The notes under the pieces: generated by a model
Seen by the model: the letters and a program-made list of their open reading frames with translations, nothing else
Databases searched by the model: none
Told to the model about the DNA's origin: nothing
Translations under genes and position numbers: made by a program
Shown: piece by piece, positions 38,176 to 51,600 of the stretch
Numbering within the stretch: position 1 is the stretch's first letter
Layout of the letters: each line of letters starts with the position of its first letter
NCBI RefSeq assembly: GCF_009834535.1
Contig: NC_045696.1
Location: 33,668,001-33,732,000 of the forward strand
Origin: Camelus ferus
Taxonomy: Eukaryota
Direction: 5' to 3'
Length of the DNA: 64,000 bases

Positions 38176-40714
38176 GGTTACCTGCAGTTTCCTGTCTCCC
38201 TTCCTTCCAGGAATAAGTGAAGGGCTTACCAATCAGTGTATCAATATATGGATGTGAATAACTCTCACATTAATAATTATTATTTTTTTTTAAATTTTAG
38301 CAGTCATGAAGTTGACTGATGCTTGAAGCACTTCTGTGGTATTCTTGGACAACCAACAAAACTGCATACTCATTCTCAACACAAATGACCCCACTGAGAA
38401 AATTAGATTACACTCAGTCCCTTCTGCTATAGCTTCTTTCATACAGAAGTCAATCTGGACCTCATGCTTGAAGTGAACATGTTTGAAGTGAACCATACGT
38501 TTTCTTCCTCTAAGCCCTTTCTTTCATCTTTGGGTTCCAATCTTCCTTTTGCCTACATTCCAGTAATGACCTTTGTTTTAATTTTCAAATTTGCAAGGGT
38601 TAAACTACTTCCTCATTCTTGCTCAGAAAACTCGTCGCATTCCACCCTCTTGCTGGAAAGAGTCGCTGCCCTTAAATAAAAGCAAACCTGAATACTACTA
38701 AGTCATGATAAATGGTGAAACTTAAGCCAATAGGACTTTTATCTTTGAACAAATTTTTAGCCTGACATCTTGAAAATATTAGATGATGCAATTATTGCCA
38801 CAAGTATTTAAAAAAATTTTTTCCATCCCAAATGTACCATTCCAAGTGGGACCTCACATTATGATCATCATCATCATTTAAAGAACTCCTAGTCTGTGTA
38901 AAGTGCTTCAAAGATAGTTATCACTGAGAAGTGTATCCCAAGATCTTGGCCACTGAGAGGTTAAAAGTCTACTTGGAGAAATGGTACAAGTGCAGAAAGG
39001 TAAATGGATCCAGGTAACATTTACTGTGTGGCTGATAATTGCAGCAGATAATAAATGCTACATGCAGAATAAAGGAAGGCTTTGGAGTCTTAGGAGGTGA
39101 GTAAGATTGAAACAAGGGAAGTGAGTAAATCAGAGCAGCCTCAAAAGGGAGCATGTAGTGAGCAGACGCTGTGGGATCTGGAAGGCATGTGACACGTCTG
39201 AGAAACAATAGCAGGATGACTTGGCCACTGTGAGAAATTTTTAATATGGAATCAATTTTCTATCTAGTAAAAAAAAAAAACAAAAAAAACTACAGAGTTT
39301 ATCAGAGAAGAGGAAAAGAACCCCAAACATCAACAAAAGCACAATATGGACGATGGCTATTAGGCAAATTTTCTTCTTAAGGTAAATTAATATTTCTTCT
39401 GTATGTTCTTCCCTTTTCCCCTTCCTTGTTAATGGGGGCCTAACATGCCAAGAACCCATTTGACTCTGGCAAGCTCTGTGAGACCCCAAGCACGAGCATG
39501 TTTAATGTGCTTACATGAAATAAATTGAAAATAAAAAATAAACCTACAGCAAGCTAGAATGATTGTCACCAGACGAATCCAGAAACTGAGAAGGGTCTGG
39601 GAGGTGTATCCAATATGAAAAGAGGGTGAGTGTCTCCAGAAGACCCCTGCTTCCACTGTACAGGCTAGCTTTGTTGTATTTCATGAAATGGCCAAATTCG
39701 CAGTGTACCGGACTCATTCTTTTTCTCCTTCTCTTCAAAGGTCAGAACAAATAGGAGAGATCTGATAATGATCATAACAGGAAGAATGTGGGCGTGGGAG
39801 GTGTGAGAAATCAGTGCCTGGGGCCTGAGCTGGTTCTCCCTTGAATGATTGGAAATCATAGTGTGACCTGAAGAGCAGAAAGTACACCAAAGACTTTGAG
39901 TAGAATCTACAGGCCAGTCCCTAGAAACAGAATGCAAAGATGAGTCCAATCATCACTTAGCCACATTCGCCAAATAAATCAGCTAGAAGAACGTCCCTCT
40001 CCCCCAAAGTCTTGCTTCTTTCTCCCAGGATGTAGTAGTGCCTGTTAGGACCGCTGGGATTGCCTCTAACACATCCTGACAGCTGCAGAAGATTTTGGTA
40101 ACAGCCCTAATTCCACTTTCCCTTCCATCTGTCTGCAGATGGTTTAAATTTGACCCCTCTGGGGGAAAAATAAAACCAACAGTATCCTACCAAGAAGCAA
40201 TTACTATGCTTGTAGATTTCCTATTAAAAAAAAAAAAAGAAATCACAGGACTGTGATTTGCAAGAGTCTTGTAATTGTGGATTATGTAGGGAGTTTGACT
40301 TTCATTCTGGACATGGAGGTTTTGACACTCTTTGGGGCTGGGTTGCTAATATTTCGGGTAGTCTTATTCAAACTGTCAACCATAACAACACTGGAGATAA
40401 TCAGAAGTGTCAGCCATAATCCTGAAGGAAGTCAGTCTTTTCAAAATGATTATCATTGCTTTTATTTTTCTTTTTCAAAATATCTTTCAACTACAACTGG
40501 ATGATACAACACCAGAATGTTTCTGTTTATTACATGCCATCTGGTTTTTCTTTATTAATTATATAATTCTTCTTTCTACAAGATTTTTCTTCTAAAAATT
40601 GCAAAACAATTTAAAGGTATTATTTTGATATTTATTATGCTTTAAGGACATTATCTCAGCATGAATAACATGACCGAGATAATTTAGAAGAAATAAAAAA
40701 GTTAATAGAGCCCT

Positions 40715-40900
40715 AGAATGTTTCAAAGAATTACAGAATCTTAGAATCTCTATGGCCTCAAAGTTCTCTGGTCCGAGTCTGTCCTTTGCTAAGTGGGGAA
40801 CTCAGGTGCAGGGAGGGTTGATGTGTCCTGAGCTACTCCTTTTGTTTGTCACTGAGCCAGAGGGAGATACCAACTCTCACAACGCCCGATTCAGTACTTC
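40715..40900 (-). mobile_element. MIR/MIR3 fragment
   Basis: acagaatcttagaatc…ggggaactcaggtgcagggagggttgatgtgtcctgag. Confidence 0.55.
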
Positions 40901-41427
40901 TTCCACCTAATTTTTCCTGAGATGTACTTAGAACACAAAAGTCACATACAAGTCATTCTTTTAAAATAAGTCAATTTTTGTGAATTCCTTAATCTCCAAA
41001 TTAAAAATCTCTGAAAGAGAAGGAATTTCATTTGTAACATATTAAAGCAATATTTTAGGTGCTCCCTATGTGAACAGTGCTTTAGAGCCTACCAAGAAAA
41101 GACATGGTCCCTCAGGTAAAGAAGCCTATCAACACATTCCCTGTCAATACCTGTTGAGTTGCACTGAGCTGTTTTTACTTGGACAGCAGCTTCTCTCCGA
41201 GCAGAGGAGGGGATAAGTCAACATTGTCCGCAAAAATTCTGTAGACTTGGGCTTAATCATGGATACTTTAAAAACACATTTAAATATGAAATGAGTCTAG
41301 AATGACATTTGAGTGTTATGCATTTATTCTAAAATTTCTATGTTAAAAGTACAAATTATATTAATATGTGAGAAAAAATTCTTCCTTTAAATAATTTTCT
41401 AAGCATTCTACCAGTAGCTTTCTGACC

Positions 41428-41908
41428 TGTGGTGGTGATTTTATGTGGCATCTTGGGTAGGCCATGATGTTCAGATATTTGATCAAACACTAGTCTAGAT
41501 ATTGCTGTGAAGGCATTTTCTGGATAAGATTAACATTTAAATCAGTAGACTGTGAGTAAAGCAGACTAGCCTCATAATGTGGGTAGGCCTCATGCAATGA
41601 GTTGAAATAAATGTTTCTTGCATTAAGCAACTGAGGTTTGATTATTACAAGCTCAGCCTAACTCTCCTATTCTGTCTAAAACAGGCCTTAAGTGAAAACA
41701 GAATGACGTTCCCTAAAGAAGAGAAAATTTTGACTGCAGCCTGCAATATTAGCTCTTTTCTGGGGTCTCCCAACTGCCAGCCTACACCGCCAATTTTAGA
41801 CTTGCACAATGAATGAATGAATGAATAGATAAATTAATAAACAAATTACAAACACACACATATGCATATCCTATTACTCCTTTTTTTCTTGTGAATCATG
41901 ACTAATAA
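41428..41908 (+). mobile_element. ERVL MLT2-type LTR with a 77-bp foreign insert
   Basis: tgtggtggtgattttatgtg…gatatttgatcaaacactagtctagatattgctgtgaagg…gactaata matches MLT2. Confidence 0.85.
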
Positions 41909-42537
41909 TACTTTATCAACTTACAAATCTAATAAAGTCCCATGGAAATGGACTGCTCAAAGGAAGATTCATTTCAATGCTTCCACAGAAAGCACAAAAG
42001 TGACACAGAGATTAATAGAGAACTATCCATCTGACTATTGCCTTGTGGTAGTTGGAATATTCTCTTGTGGGGTGAGGTGGGGGTGGAGGGGGTGGGAACT
42101 GCTAAGTTCCACCATAAAAGAGATGAATTGCACCTTGTCAGTGTTTATTGGCTGTATGTGTTGAGTAAGGCATTTAAGCTCTCTGAATCACAGGCTCATT
42201 ATTTTAAAATTGTAATTGATTTTAAAATTGCACAGGAAATAATAATAATATATAACTATGCTCCTATCCATAGGAAAAATATTCTACAGTATTTCAATTA
42301 GTTTTTACTGGATATTTTCTTTCTTTCACATGTGAATGGATACTTGAGTTTTGGAATCCTTTGGAGAAGTTGTAATATCATGTCAATTGGATGACTATTA
42401 TTGAAGAAATACTTCCACTGGTTGGCTTATAGGCTTCCTGGGGTCAAATGAGAATTAGTATCTTACTCTGTGGTCAGCTGTTGGCTCAGTGACTAACATG
42501 TAAAGTTAATCAATAAATGCCTGTTATTGTTCACAGC

Positions 42538-42882
42538 TGCAGCAGAGAAAATGTTCACCAAATATTTCTTGTCCTAGTTTCCCCATGTTCTTGCAGCTTG
42601 ATCAGACCATATAAATAACTTGAGCCAATTAGATGGAAGCAGAAGGAACATGCTTAACTTCTAAAATGAATCCATTTTAAAAAGTAGAAACTGAAGAGAC
42701 TAAGTGTTCCAGATGTTGCAACTTTAGAAGCAAAGAAAGAAGAAAGCCTTCCTTATTCTAGAGCAGCTAAGTGGAAAAGAGGCTCCTGCCAGCCTCTACA
42801 GTGAGCATGAAATGTTTCCTGCATAGAGTCTCTCAGGGTCAGCGATTGACGTAAGCCTCACTTACCTATTCTGATTAAAACA
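42538..42882 (+). mobile_element. MaLR MLT1J-like LTR
   Basis: ttcttgcagcttgatcagaccatat…gagccaattagatggaagcagaag…cctattctgattaaaaca. Confidence 0.65.
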
Positions 42883-45169
42883 ATGATGCACCATGCTTAT
42901 CCTTCAGTAGGAATAATCAGTGACATTGCCAAATAACCAGGCTCCAAACAATCATTATATTAAGTAAGATACATTGAATTATCTACACCATTTGTAGTAA
43001 GAACATAAAATCAGGAGGTGATTCAGATTGAAAAGACTGTTTTCTTTTTAACATTTTGTTTGCTTACACATTTGTTTTCAAAGTTTGACATTCAGGGAAT
43101 TTACATACTTTTTACTTCAGATGAAATTTATTTTAAAACTCTTTACAGTAGGTTTAATTAATTTTAAAGAGACTAATGTATTAAATGGGTTGGGAGTTTT
43201 TAGTTATGAGGCACATTTTCGTATGTAAGATAAACCCTTTTATCTGTACAAATGTATATACATTTAGGTTCAGAAAGTTGAAATACTATTTTTACTGTCA
43301 CTCAAACATGATTGCAGACTGGGATTCTGTCAGAATTTGAAGAGCAGTATCCTTCAGTCATCAGAATGTTTAGATATTGAAATGGTTCTAGAATGAGTTT
43401 TTTTAAAATAGTTTCAGTCATCTCTGATGATACTTAGAAGAGTCATTCAAGAACCAGTAAAACCATTTGCATAACTCTAATACTAGCGATACATAGAACT
43501 GGGACATATTGAAATGCTAGACTATTGTCAATAAGCTTTATAATAGTTAATATCATGAACCATGTAAGCCATATCTTTTCTCACTGAGAGTATAAATCAT
43601 TTTTTTAAACTCCAAAAAGCAAATTTCCTTAAAAGTTTGGAGGGAAGTACATTAGACCCAAGGAAAAAATATCCAAAAATACACTAATTCCTTGTACTTC
43701 CTAGAAATTACAATGCTGATCTATATTTCTAATAATAGTCATTCTAGATTTTAGTAAAAACTGAATTTCAGGAAATTTAACTTTGCTTTGCAATAATCTA
43801 GCTGGTCATAGCTAGCTGTTTTCAACAAAAACTACCTATATTAATAATAACACTGGGAATGAGGATCTAAAACATCATTTACAGTCATTAAAAAGGTGAT
43901 ATGTTCTTTTATACAATCACAATCTCAACTCTCTCTACAAAAGTAATGGGGCATGTGAAGATAAATAACAGGCCATGTGAAGAAAAAGCCCTTTAAGACA
44001 ACTAATACCAAAATTGTTCTCAAATAAGACCGATAAAGAGGTTTCATGTATAAAATATCTGTGATTATAAGTTAGGTTCCATGAGTTGAGAAAAAAATTA
44101 GCAAAAAGTCAGGTTTTAAAGACAAAAGTCAAAAGCCAGGAAGATTTGTGTAGGCAATGTATGTGCTTAGCTCTAGGTAAGGAGCGCTCATTAAATGGGT
44201 GGCAATTTGAAGATGCCCCTGCAGAAACAGTGATAACAGTTTGTATGTGTATAGCAGTTAGCATCCCCCAAATGTAGCATATGAATTACTTAAGAGAAAT
44301 GTACTAAGAACACACAACCAGTAAGTCATAAAAGCAGTTTTCAATGCATAAAGATTCTAAAATGCAATTATACATGGTCCTGTCCTTAAAATAACAATAA
44401 AATGTTAAGGTAAAATATATATGAAAATAAGATGTATCTGCTTTAAACTGAGCTCTTATATACTAAAGAGCTATCATCTTATAACTTAATGCAAGATGGC
44501 TATTGCTTTGAAAGAAATGGGAAATTATTTCAGAGAATAAAATGAGAATTTCATTTATGTTCAAGTCCTACCCATGAGACAAGGGTTGATAGGGGAATCT
44601 GGCCCAGAAAGAAAAGAAAGACCTTCCCTAAATGAGGAGGGCACATCCTAGTTTTGAAAAGAATCACGTTACAATTGGGGAAAATCACATTTGCTAAATC
44701 AAAATCATGACATGAAGTCAGAGTCTACATAGCTAATTATTTGGTGTCTAGAAAATCAGGATTCTTGCCCTCAGTCTAGACTTCAGATGGTTAGGTTCAT
44801 TACCTACTGGGGTGATCAGACCTACATTTCTGAGGGTCTCAGTCTTGGGCCCTGCTTTTATAGGTTTTATATTATCTTCCATTGATCTTTACTATGAAAT
44901 ATGGAAGTAATAAGATTCATCCTAAGTTTCCACTAGATTCCATACATATTTCTTCTTGCCACAAATTATCAACAATCTGTTTTTCCTTCTGGTTTTGTAA
45001 CCTTCCTCCATCCCTGATTTTTCAGCAGCATGAAAAGCTCCAAAAGGCCAGGTGTTAGTCTCCACTCCAAATTGAATATAACAATTGTATCCTCTGGATC
45101 AAAATATGTCTTCATTAAGAATTAAGATCACTAGCAAAGTAGCACCCAAGTTTGCAGGAAGGTAAAGCA

Positions 45170-45700
45170 AAAACTTGCGAAGTGGATTGCTGGCTGCAAG
45201 GGAGTCACAAACACACCATGAGGAACACAGGCGCTTGTGGTGTATATGCGGTGTTTATTAGAGAAGCACCTACAGCGTTTACTGGAGAGTGGCTCTAAAT
45301 AGAAAAGTAGCACAACACATGCTGTCTCCTGACCTCTCATTAGGTCGGAGCTCAGACAGGGCAGAGATGGTCTGGATGCACGTGGATTCAACCAAAGGGG
45401 GCTGGGCAGGACCAGAAGGCTGGAAGACTGAGAGCATCCCAAGACAGCAACGAGCCTAAGGCCAACCTGTATTAAGATTGATAGGTCAGCCTAAGAGAAG
45501 GTAGGAAAAACCTAGCTTCACTAAGAATCAAGAAATATACCAAAATATCTCTGAGCCCAGGTATAATGATATAGAGGATACTGAATACAAAGCACTCAGT
45601 TCTGCACTCCGCGTGCCGTGGGGAAGTCTTGCGTGCCAGGAATGTGTACATAAGATAAAGGCCTTCTTGCCGCTCTACAGGCTCTTAGTACTACAAACCA
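45170..45700 (-). mobile_element. Possible ancient LTR (Gypsy-type LTR81/MamGyp-like?)
   Basis: Minus-strand AATAAA (45254-45259) followed by a U5-like caccgcatatacaccac…tgtttgtgac, GC-richer than the flanks. Family and limits uncertain. Confidence 0.35.
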
Positions 45701-47048
45701 AGTCTCTGCTAAGACACCAAAAGGAGAGAGAAAACGCACCTCCGGGGCCATCTAGACTTGTCTCTTATCAAGTTTATTAAGTTTCTCTCTTATTCTACCA
45801 AGTACTATTGTGAAGGGTCATTTCTACTTCCCTAACTCAGTTCCCAGACCAGTGTGTTGGCACCACGCAAAGGATAGTACCAAATATGTCACAACTTCAA
45901 AGCAAATTCAGGAAAGTTTGTAAGACAGCAGAGCCAACCTTGGAGGGTGCTGTCTCCCAGATGGCCCCTAAACTGAATCTTTGATCATTCCACTATTCTA
46001 CCAGATCAGCTAGTATATGAGTTAAGGACATTTGGTGGACGTGAATTGCCTTCTTCTCTTGGCGTGAAATGGGTTTCTCAGTTAGAAGCAATGACGTGTG
46101 GGATACAGGACCGTGAGTTAAGGTACCTGTAACTGCATGGATGGTGGTGCTGGACAGGAAGCAAGGTGCAGAGCTCAGGCAAATCCACTTAGGAAATATG
46201 TCTCTATTTTTATGAAAGTTACATTTGCTCCCAGAGTTATTTGTTCCCAGAGAGCTACATGGTAAAAGTTGCAACAACCTGTTTTTCAATTTAGAGAGAG
46301 TGTTCCAACACGCCCTGAGAAATGTCACTGACAGAAGGTGGAATTTTTGTTTGTTTTATCTCTTACTCCCTACACACAAATAAATCCCTAGGCTTTTAGG
46401 TTATTCTTCCTACACTTTCCTCACCAGATTCAGTCAGCATAGTGTCATGGACCAGTGGAATATTCTGAAGGATATCCTGATCAAGGTATTGAGGACTCTA
46501 TTATGATAGAAAACAGGAAAGCTGAAATAGCCTTAAGATACAGCAATGTCTGTGCCGTATACCATATACTTATGCATTCATTACACTGATGTCCCTGACA
46601 CGTGAAAATGAGCTGTTTCTGTTGATCCTTTCAAATTATTAGGAAGAAGAAAAAGAACAGAAGCGTTTTTCCAGGCAGATCTATAATTGTATGCTAAGTT
46701 CCAAAGGCTGCTTTGATGTACTGTGCTCGGGGTACATGTCTGGAAAGGCAGTTACAACTGTCATCACTTGGTTAAGTTTAGGACAGTCTATAGGCATTCT
46801 CTAACATTTCTCCTGCATTTTGCAGGTGAGTTAAATGTGGGGGTCCTAAAACTGGCTATTTCTTCATCCTTTAATCCTTTGGAGGGAAAGTTGATCCTCC
46901 TCTCAGGTCCTCCAGAGTTGGGGTTTTCCTTTTGATTTATTTTTTAATTTAAGGATGGACACTTTCAGAAGCTAACATATGGTGCTTTAATCATCATGAC
47001 CACTGCATGGATTCTATCATTTTCTTCTCTTTTAATTTGGATGCAATC

Positions 47049-47492
47049 ATTTTTTAATTGAAGTATAACTGACTTACAGCATTATATTAGTCACACAACA
47101 TAGAGATTCAATATTTTAATACATTATGAAATGATGACCATGATAAATCTAGTTACCACACAAAGTTACTGCAATATTGTTGACTATACTTCCTATGCTG
47201 TACATTACAGCCCTGCGACTTATTTATAACTGGAATTTCATAACACTCAATCCCCTTCACCTATTGCATCCATTGCCCCATCTCTCTCCCCTCTGGCAAC
47301 TACTACTTCATTCTCTGTGTCTGCGGGTCTGTTTCTGTTTTGTTATATTTGTTTAATATTTTTAGATTCCACATGTAAATGAAATCATACCATATTTGAC
47401 TTTCTCTATCTCACTTATTTCACTTAGCATAATTCCCTGTGGGTCTATCTCAAATGGCAAGATACCATACTTTTTTGGTTAAATATGTTCCA

Positions 47493-47530
<38 letters not shown>

Positions 47531-49287
47531 TTCATCCATTCATCTATCAATGGACATCTTAGGTTGCTTCCATATCTTGGCTATGGTAAATAATGCTGCA
47601 ATGAACATTGGGGTGCATATATGTTTTCAAAATAGTGTTTTTGTTTTCTTCAAAAGTATAGCCAGAAGTAGAATTGTTGTATCATATGATAGTTCTATTT
47701 TTAATTTTTTGAGGAATCTCCACACTGTTTTCTATAGGTTTTGCCATTTAAATTTCTACCAACAATACACAGGCTTCCATTTTCCCCACATTCTTGCTGT
47801 CACTTATTTCTTATCTTTTTCATCATAGCCATTCTGACAGTTGTGAATGATATTTCACTGTGGTTTTGATTTGCATTTACCTGATTAGTGATGTTGAGCA
47901 TCTTTTCACGTGCCTGTAGGCCATCTGTATGTATTCTTTGGAAAAATGCCTATTCAGGTCCTGTGCCCATTTCTTAATCAGATTGTTTATTTTTTGATAT
48001 TAAGTTCTGGAGGTCAGTTACCTTATAGTTTGATGCTTTCCTTTAGTTTCAATAGTGGGTTCCTTTCTCTTTATTTTTTGTATATCTACTGTAAGTTTTT
48101 GGTTTGTGGTTTCCATTATGTTTATATATAGATTATATATATAATCTATAAATCAGTTTATTTTAAGCTGATAGTCACTTAAGTTCTGTGGCCCTGAATT
48201 TTTACTCCCTCCCTCAGTGTTCTTCGGTACCATCCAATCTACTGAGACCCTCTAATGTATTTTTTTTTATTTTAGTGTTTATATTCTTCAGCTCTGATTG
48301 ATTCTTTCTTATATTTTATAACTCTTTGTTGAAGTTCTTACTGTGTTCCCTCCTAAGTTCAGGAGCATCTATTTTAATCATCTAAACATTTTATATTTTT
48401 TATCTCCACCTTATTAGATTTTTTCCTGGGGTTTTATTATATTCTTTCATTTGGAATGTATTCTGCTGTCTCCTCACTTTGTTTGACTTTGTGTTTGTTT
48501 CTATGAGCTCTACAAAACAGCTTCCTCTCTCAGTCTTGAAGGCGTGGCTTGACACAGTAGGAGTGTCCCCTGTGCAGACTGTGTGTACCAGGAAGCTTTG
48601 GCAGGCCATCTGGAGCTGGAGCAGCCACTGAGCTGTGGAGTCCTGGGGCACATTGCACTGGGCCACCCCAGTGAGACAACTGGAGCTAGAGTGTGCATGG
48701 GCAGAGGGGAGCCCAGGACATGCCAAACTGGCGCTGCTTTTGGGGGGTGGCTGTAGCTTTGTGTGAACCAGGAGTCCTGAGCACACTGGCACTGCCTTAG
48801 CCTAGTCAGCTAGAATACCTGGATTGCATCTCCACCTGAACTTTCTAGGTGGAAGGGGAATATCAAAAATGGTGCTTTTGGTACCTCCAACCTCAGAGAG
48901 AGTCCCAGCAATTCCCCATCCATCTGATATACACTCAGGGTTAGTAAATGGATATCCTTGATGCATAGTCTAGGTGCCCTTTAAACCACTGGTTGTTTTT
49001 ATTTTTCGCTGTGCCCCAGGTCACGCGAGTCTGCACATGGTTCCCTCAGTGCTATCTTTCCCTACCGCAGGTTGCCACATCAGAGGTGGGATTCCCGTAG
49101 ATACTGTGTCTGTGACTCATCTCTGCCCTTCTTTACGTGGTCCCTCAATCATATAATGTATAGAATCTGTTCCGCCAACCCTCAGTTCTTCAGAACAGAC
49201 TGCTCTGTATGTAGGTGTAGGTTTAGTGCGTCCATGGCAGAGGTGAGCTCAGAATCTTCCTACATTGCCGTTTTGGACTGAACCAAT
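47049..49287 (-). mobile_element. L1 retaining both 5' and 3' termini but lacking most of ORF1/ORF2
   Basis: 3' UTR and ORF2 end 47049-48005, ORF1-end/spacer piece ~48010-48200, ORF1 start ~48230-48520, 5' UTR to ~49287. The minus strand there starts …ccaaaacggcaatgtaggaagattctgagctcacctc, an L1 5' signature. Confidence 0.8.
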
Positions 49288-49289
49288 TC

Positions 49290-51160
49290 TGTTATTTTCT
49301 TTATCTGCTTTACCCAACTATGTAGTTAGGAACTGGGAATATAGCCAAAGGATGGATTCGCTGGCTCACTTTGAGATAAACTTGGGCCAACACTCTATTC
49401 ACCAGCCATCTTCCACAAGCTTCAGAACCACAGTGGCATTTCAGGTCCACTGGGGTGAGAGTCTACTCAGAGCCAAGGTCTGGGACTTTTTCCCTTTCTC
49501 CAGTGCTGTATCACAGCAGAATGACTACATATCCTATCAAGGGATGCTCAGAGGATGATCTACATTCTACACACATAACAGTGTTGCAAGGCTTTCCTTA
49601 CGGGGGAATGGCCTCTCCCTTAATCAAGGGGTTCAGGTTCATAGACTAGCTTAGGTAGGGGGATTGGGTAAGAGGCCATGACTTCGTATGACAGTAACAC
49701 AAGATTTTTTGCTCCATAGATTTCCTATAATATAGATTAAGTAAAATGTTATGATTATTTTTTCCTAGGACTCTATAATCAATAAGCCATGCCCCAGATC
49801 CCTAGGCATTAAAACACTGAATGGCAGTCTGTCCCTACAGTCAGTTACAGTAATTGAGTTGTTCTTACTGCTGATGGTTAAGTACTGTCACCTGGTCTCT
49901 GTCCCTTTGGACTCCCACAATTCCCATTAAAATCATGTAGACTACTTCCCGAGTGGCAACTCCCACCATCCTCCCCAGTCTGTGGCTGAGAGCTAGAACT
50001 AGGTTTTCAAGGAGTCTGCTCTTTCCCTCACAATGCATTTCTCAATGCCCAGGGATGGGTGTTTTCTGCAACTTTCAGGCAACATTGTCAGAAGGAGAAA
50101 AAAAAAAAAACAAGTTGCACATAATAATTTTATTCTAAAGTCACCAGATTTGTATGTCTGTTGGCTTCCTTTTTCTAAATAATTACAGGGACATTCTGGT
50201 ATCTCGACCTCGTAAAATACAGTCCTTTGTGGAAACCATGCTTTAGTCAGTCAACCAAGCAAACTGTTTCAAGCCATTTCTAGCCAATTAAGCCAGTGCA
50301 TTAGATCTTGTATCCAACAGCATAGCCTGTCTAGCTTCTGTTCCACCTCTTCAGTCTAACATGCTCAGGACCCATTCATACACATGCTTCTCAGGTTCCA
50401 AATGGTAAATACAAGCAAATTCTTCCAATCCATGTGATGTATAAGCTGTCTTCTCCTGAGAGAGTGATTCTCCCCTAGGTTTTATTGAAACCTGACTTTG
50501 TTTTTTGAGATGTGATGTGTGTAGTCTATGAAAGAAGGCTAAAATTTCCTCCAAAAGAGGAAAGAAATTGTTTCAACTGACCAATGAATTTGGGAACTCA
50601 ATTATGAGATTTATTTAATTATAGGGCCCCACAGTTTCCAGCTTCCTCTGAGAACACCCAAATGTTTCTGCCCATATCTAAGGGATGTATTCCTTCCTCA
50701 CCAAGAAACTTGGTAAGGCTGTCTGTCCACCTACCTTTAAAGTTCTCCAGACTGTACCATAAGACTTTAGTCCTGATCTTCAGCCATGCCTACAATTAAA
50801 TTAAAAATTTCATGTACTGCTCTTAAGAAATTCTCTGATTTTTTTTTACCTGAGTTTTGAGCTAAAAGTTCAAAACTTTGAATTAACTCTTTTTTTGGAA
50901 GCCCTTCAATACTGTCTCAAATACTTTTCTAACCCTTACTATACTTATAACCATTGTTGCTGCCATGGTGGACAAACTCAGATTATTTAGAGCCCTGGTA
51001 TTTCAGGGGTTTGTGATGTCACCCTATACCATGAATTACTAAAATTCCCTCTTTGCCTGCAAGGGGGTCAGTCCTACATTCATGCTCCAATATGTGAAAA
51101 AGTCCATGTCACATCCTTTCTTGAGGACTTGCTTCCTAGGACCATTCCTTATAGGCAAAA
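49290..51160 (-). mobile_element. ERV-L internal region, degraded (probably continues left of the L1 at ~46850-47045)
   Basis: Minus strand begins aggaatggtcctaggaagcaagtcctcaag immediately after the LTR, as in ERVL internal leaders. Confidence 0.6.
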
Positions 51161-51161
51161 G

Positions 51162-51600
51162 TGTATCTGCCACATTTCAACCAGATAAACAGAAATCACT
51201 CTGAGTACTCAGAACAGGAAATTCAATGCTGGATATTGGTTACACAGTGATGCAGGAGCTAAGAAGATGGTGAAGCAAACCAGAGATTAGTAACATCAGG
51301 AAGCCACTTCAACTCATAAATGAAGATCAATATTAAGGGACCCTGAGGCCAGGGTACAAGGCAGGAGCTGGGAGTGTAGCAGGAGTAGAGGCCACAGAGA
51401 AGCCACAGTCATCACTGGAGACACGGCTGCTGCCAGAGACATTGTTCAGAGTAGAGGTGGAGAAGGAGAAATATCCTGGCTTCTCCCTACCTCCTGGTCT
51501 CATGCTTCTATCTCCTGCCATTGCCAGGGGTCCACCCTCCTATGATACTGAATGAAACATTAGAAGGTCTAGGAAGAGATCTGAGAGCAAACAGTCCCCA
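51162..51600 (-). mobile_element. ERVL LTR33/LTR41-like LTR
   Basis: aaacagaaatcactctgagtact…ggatattggttacacagtgatg…gagattagtaacatcaggaagccac matches reversed LTR33-type sequence. Confidence 0.7.

Noticed and set aside
39548..39631. Exon ending at AGG|GTGAGT
   Set aside because: The upstream sequence is A-rich with no pyrimidine tract, so there is no credible acceptor.
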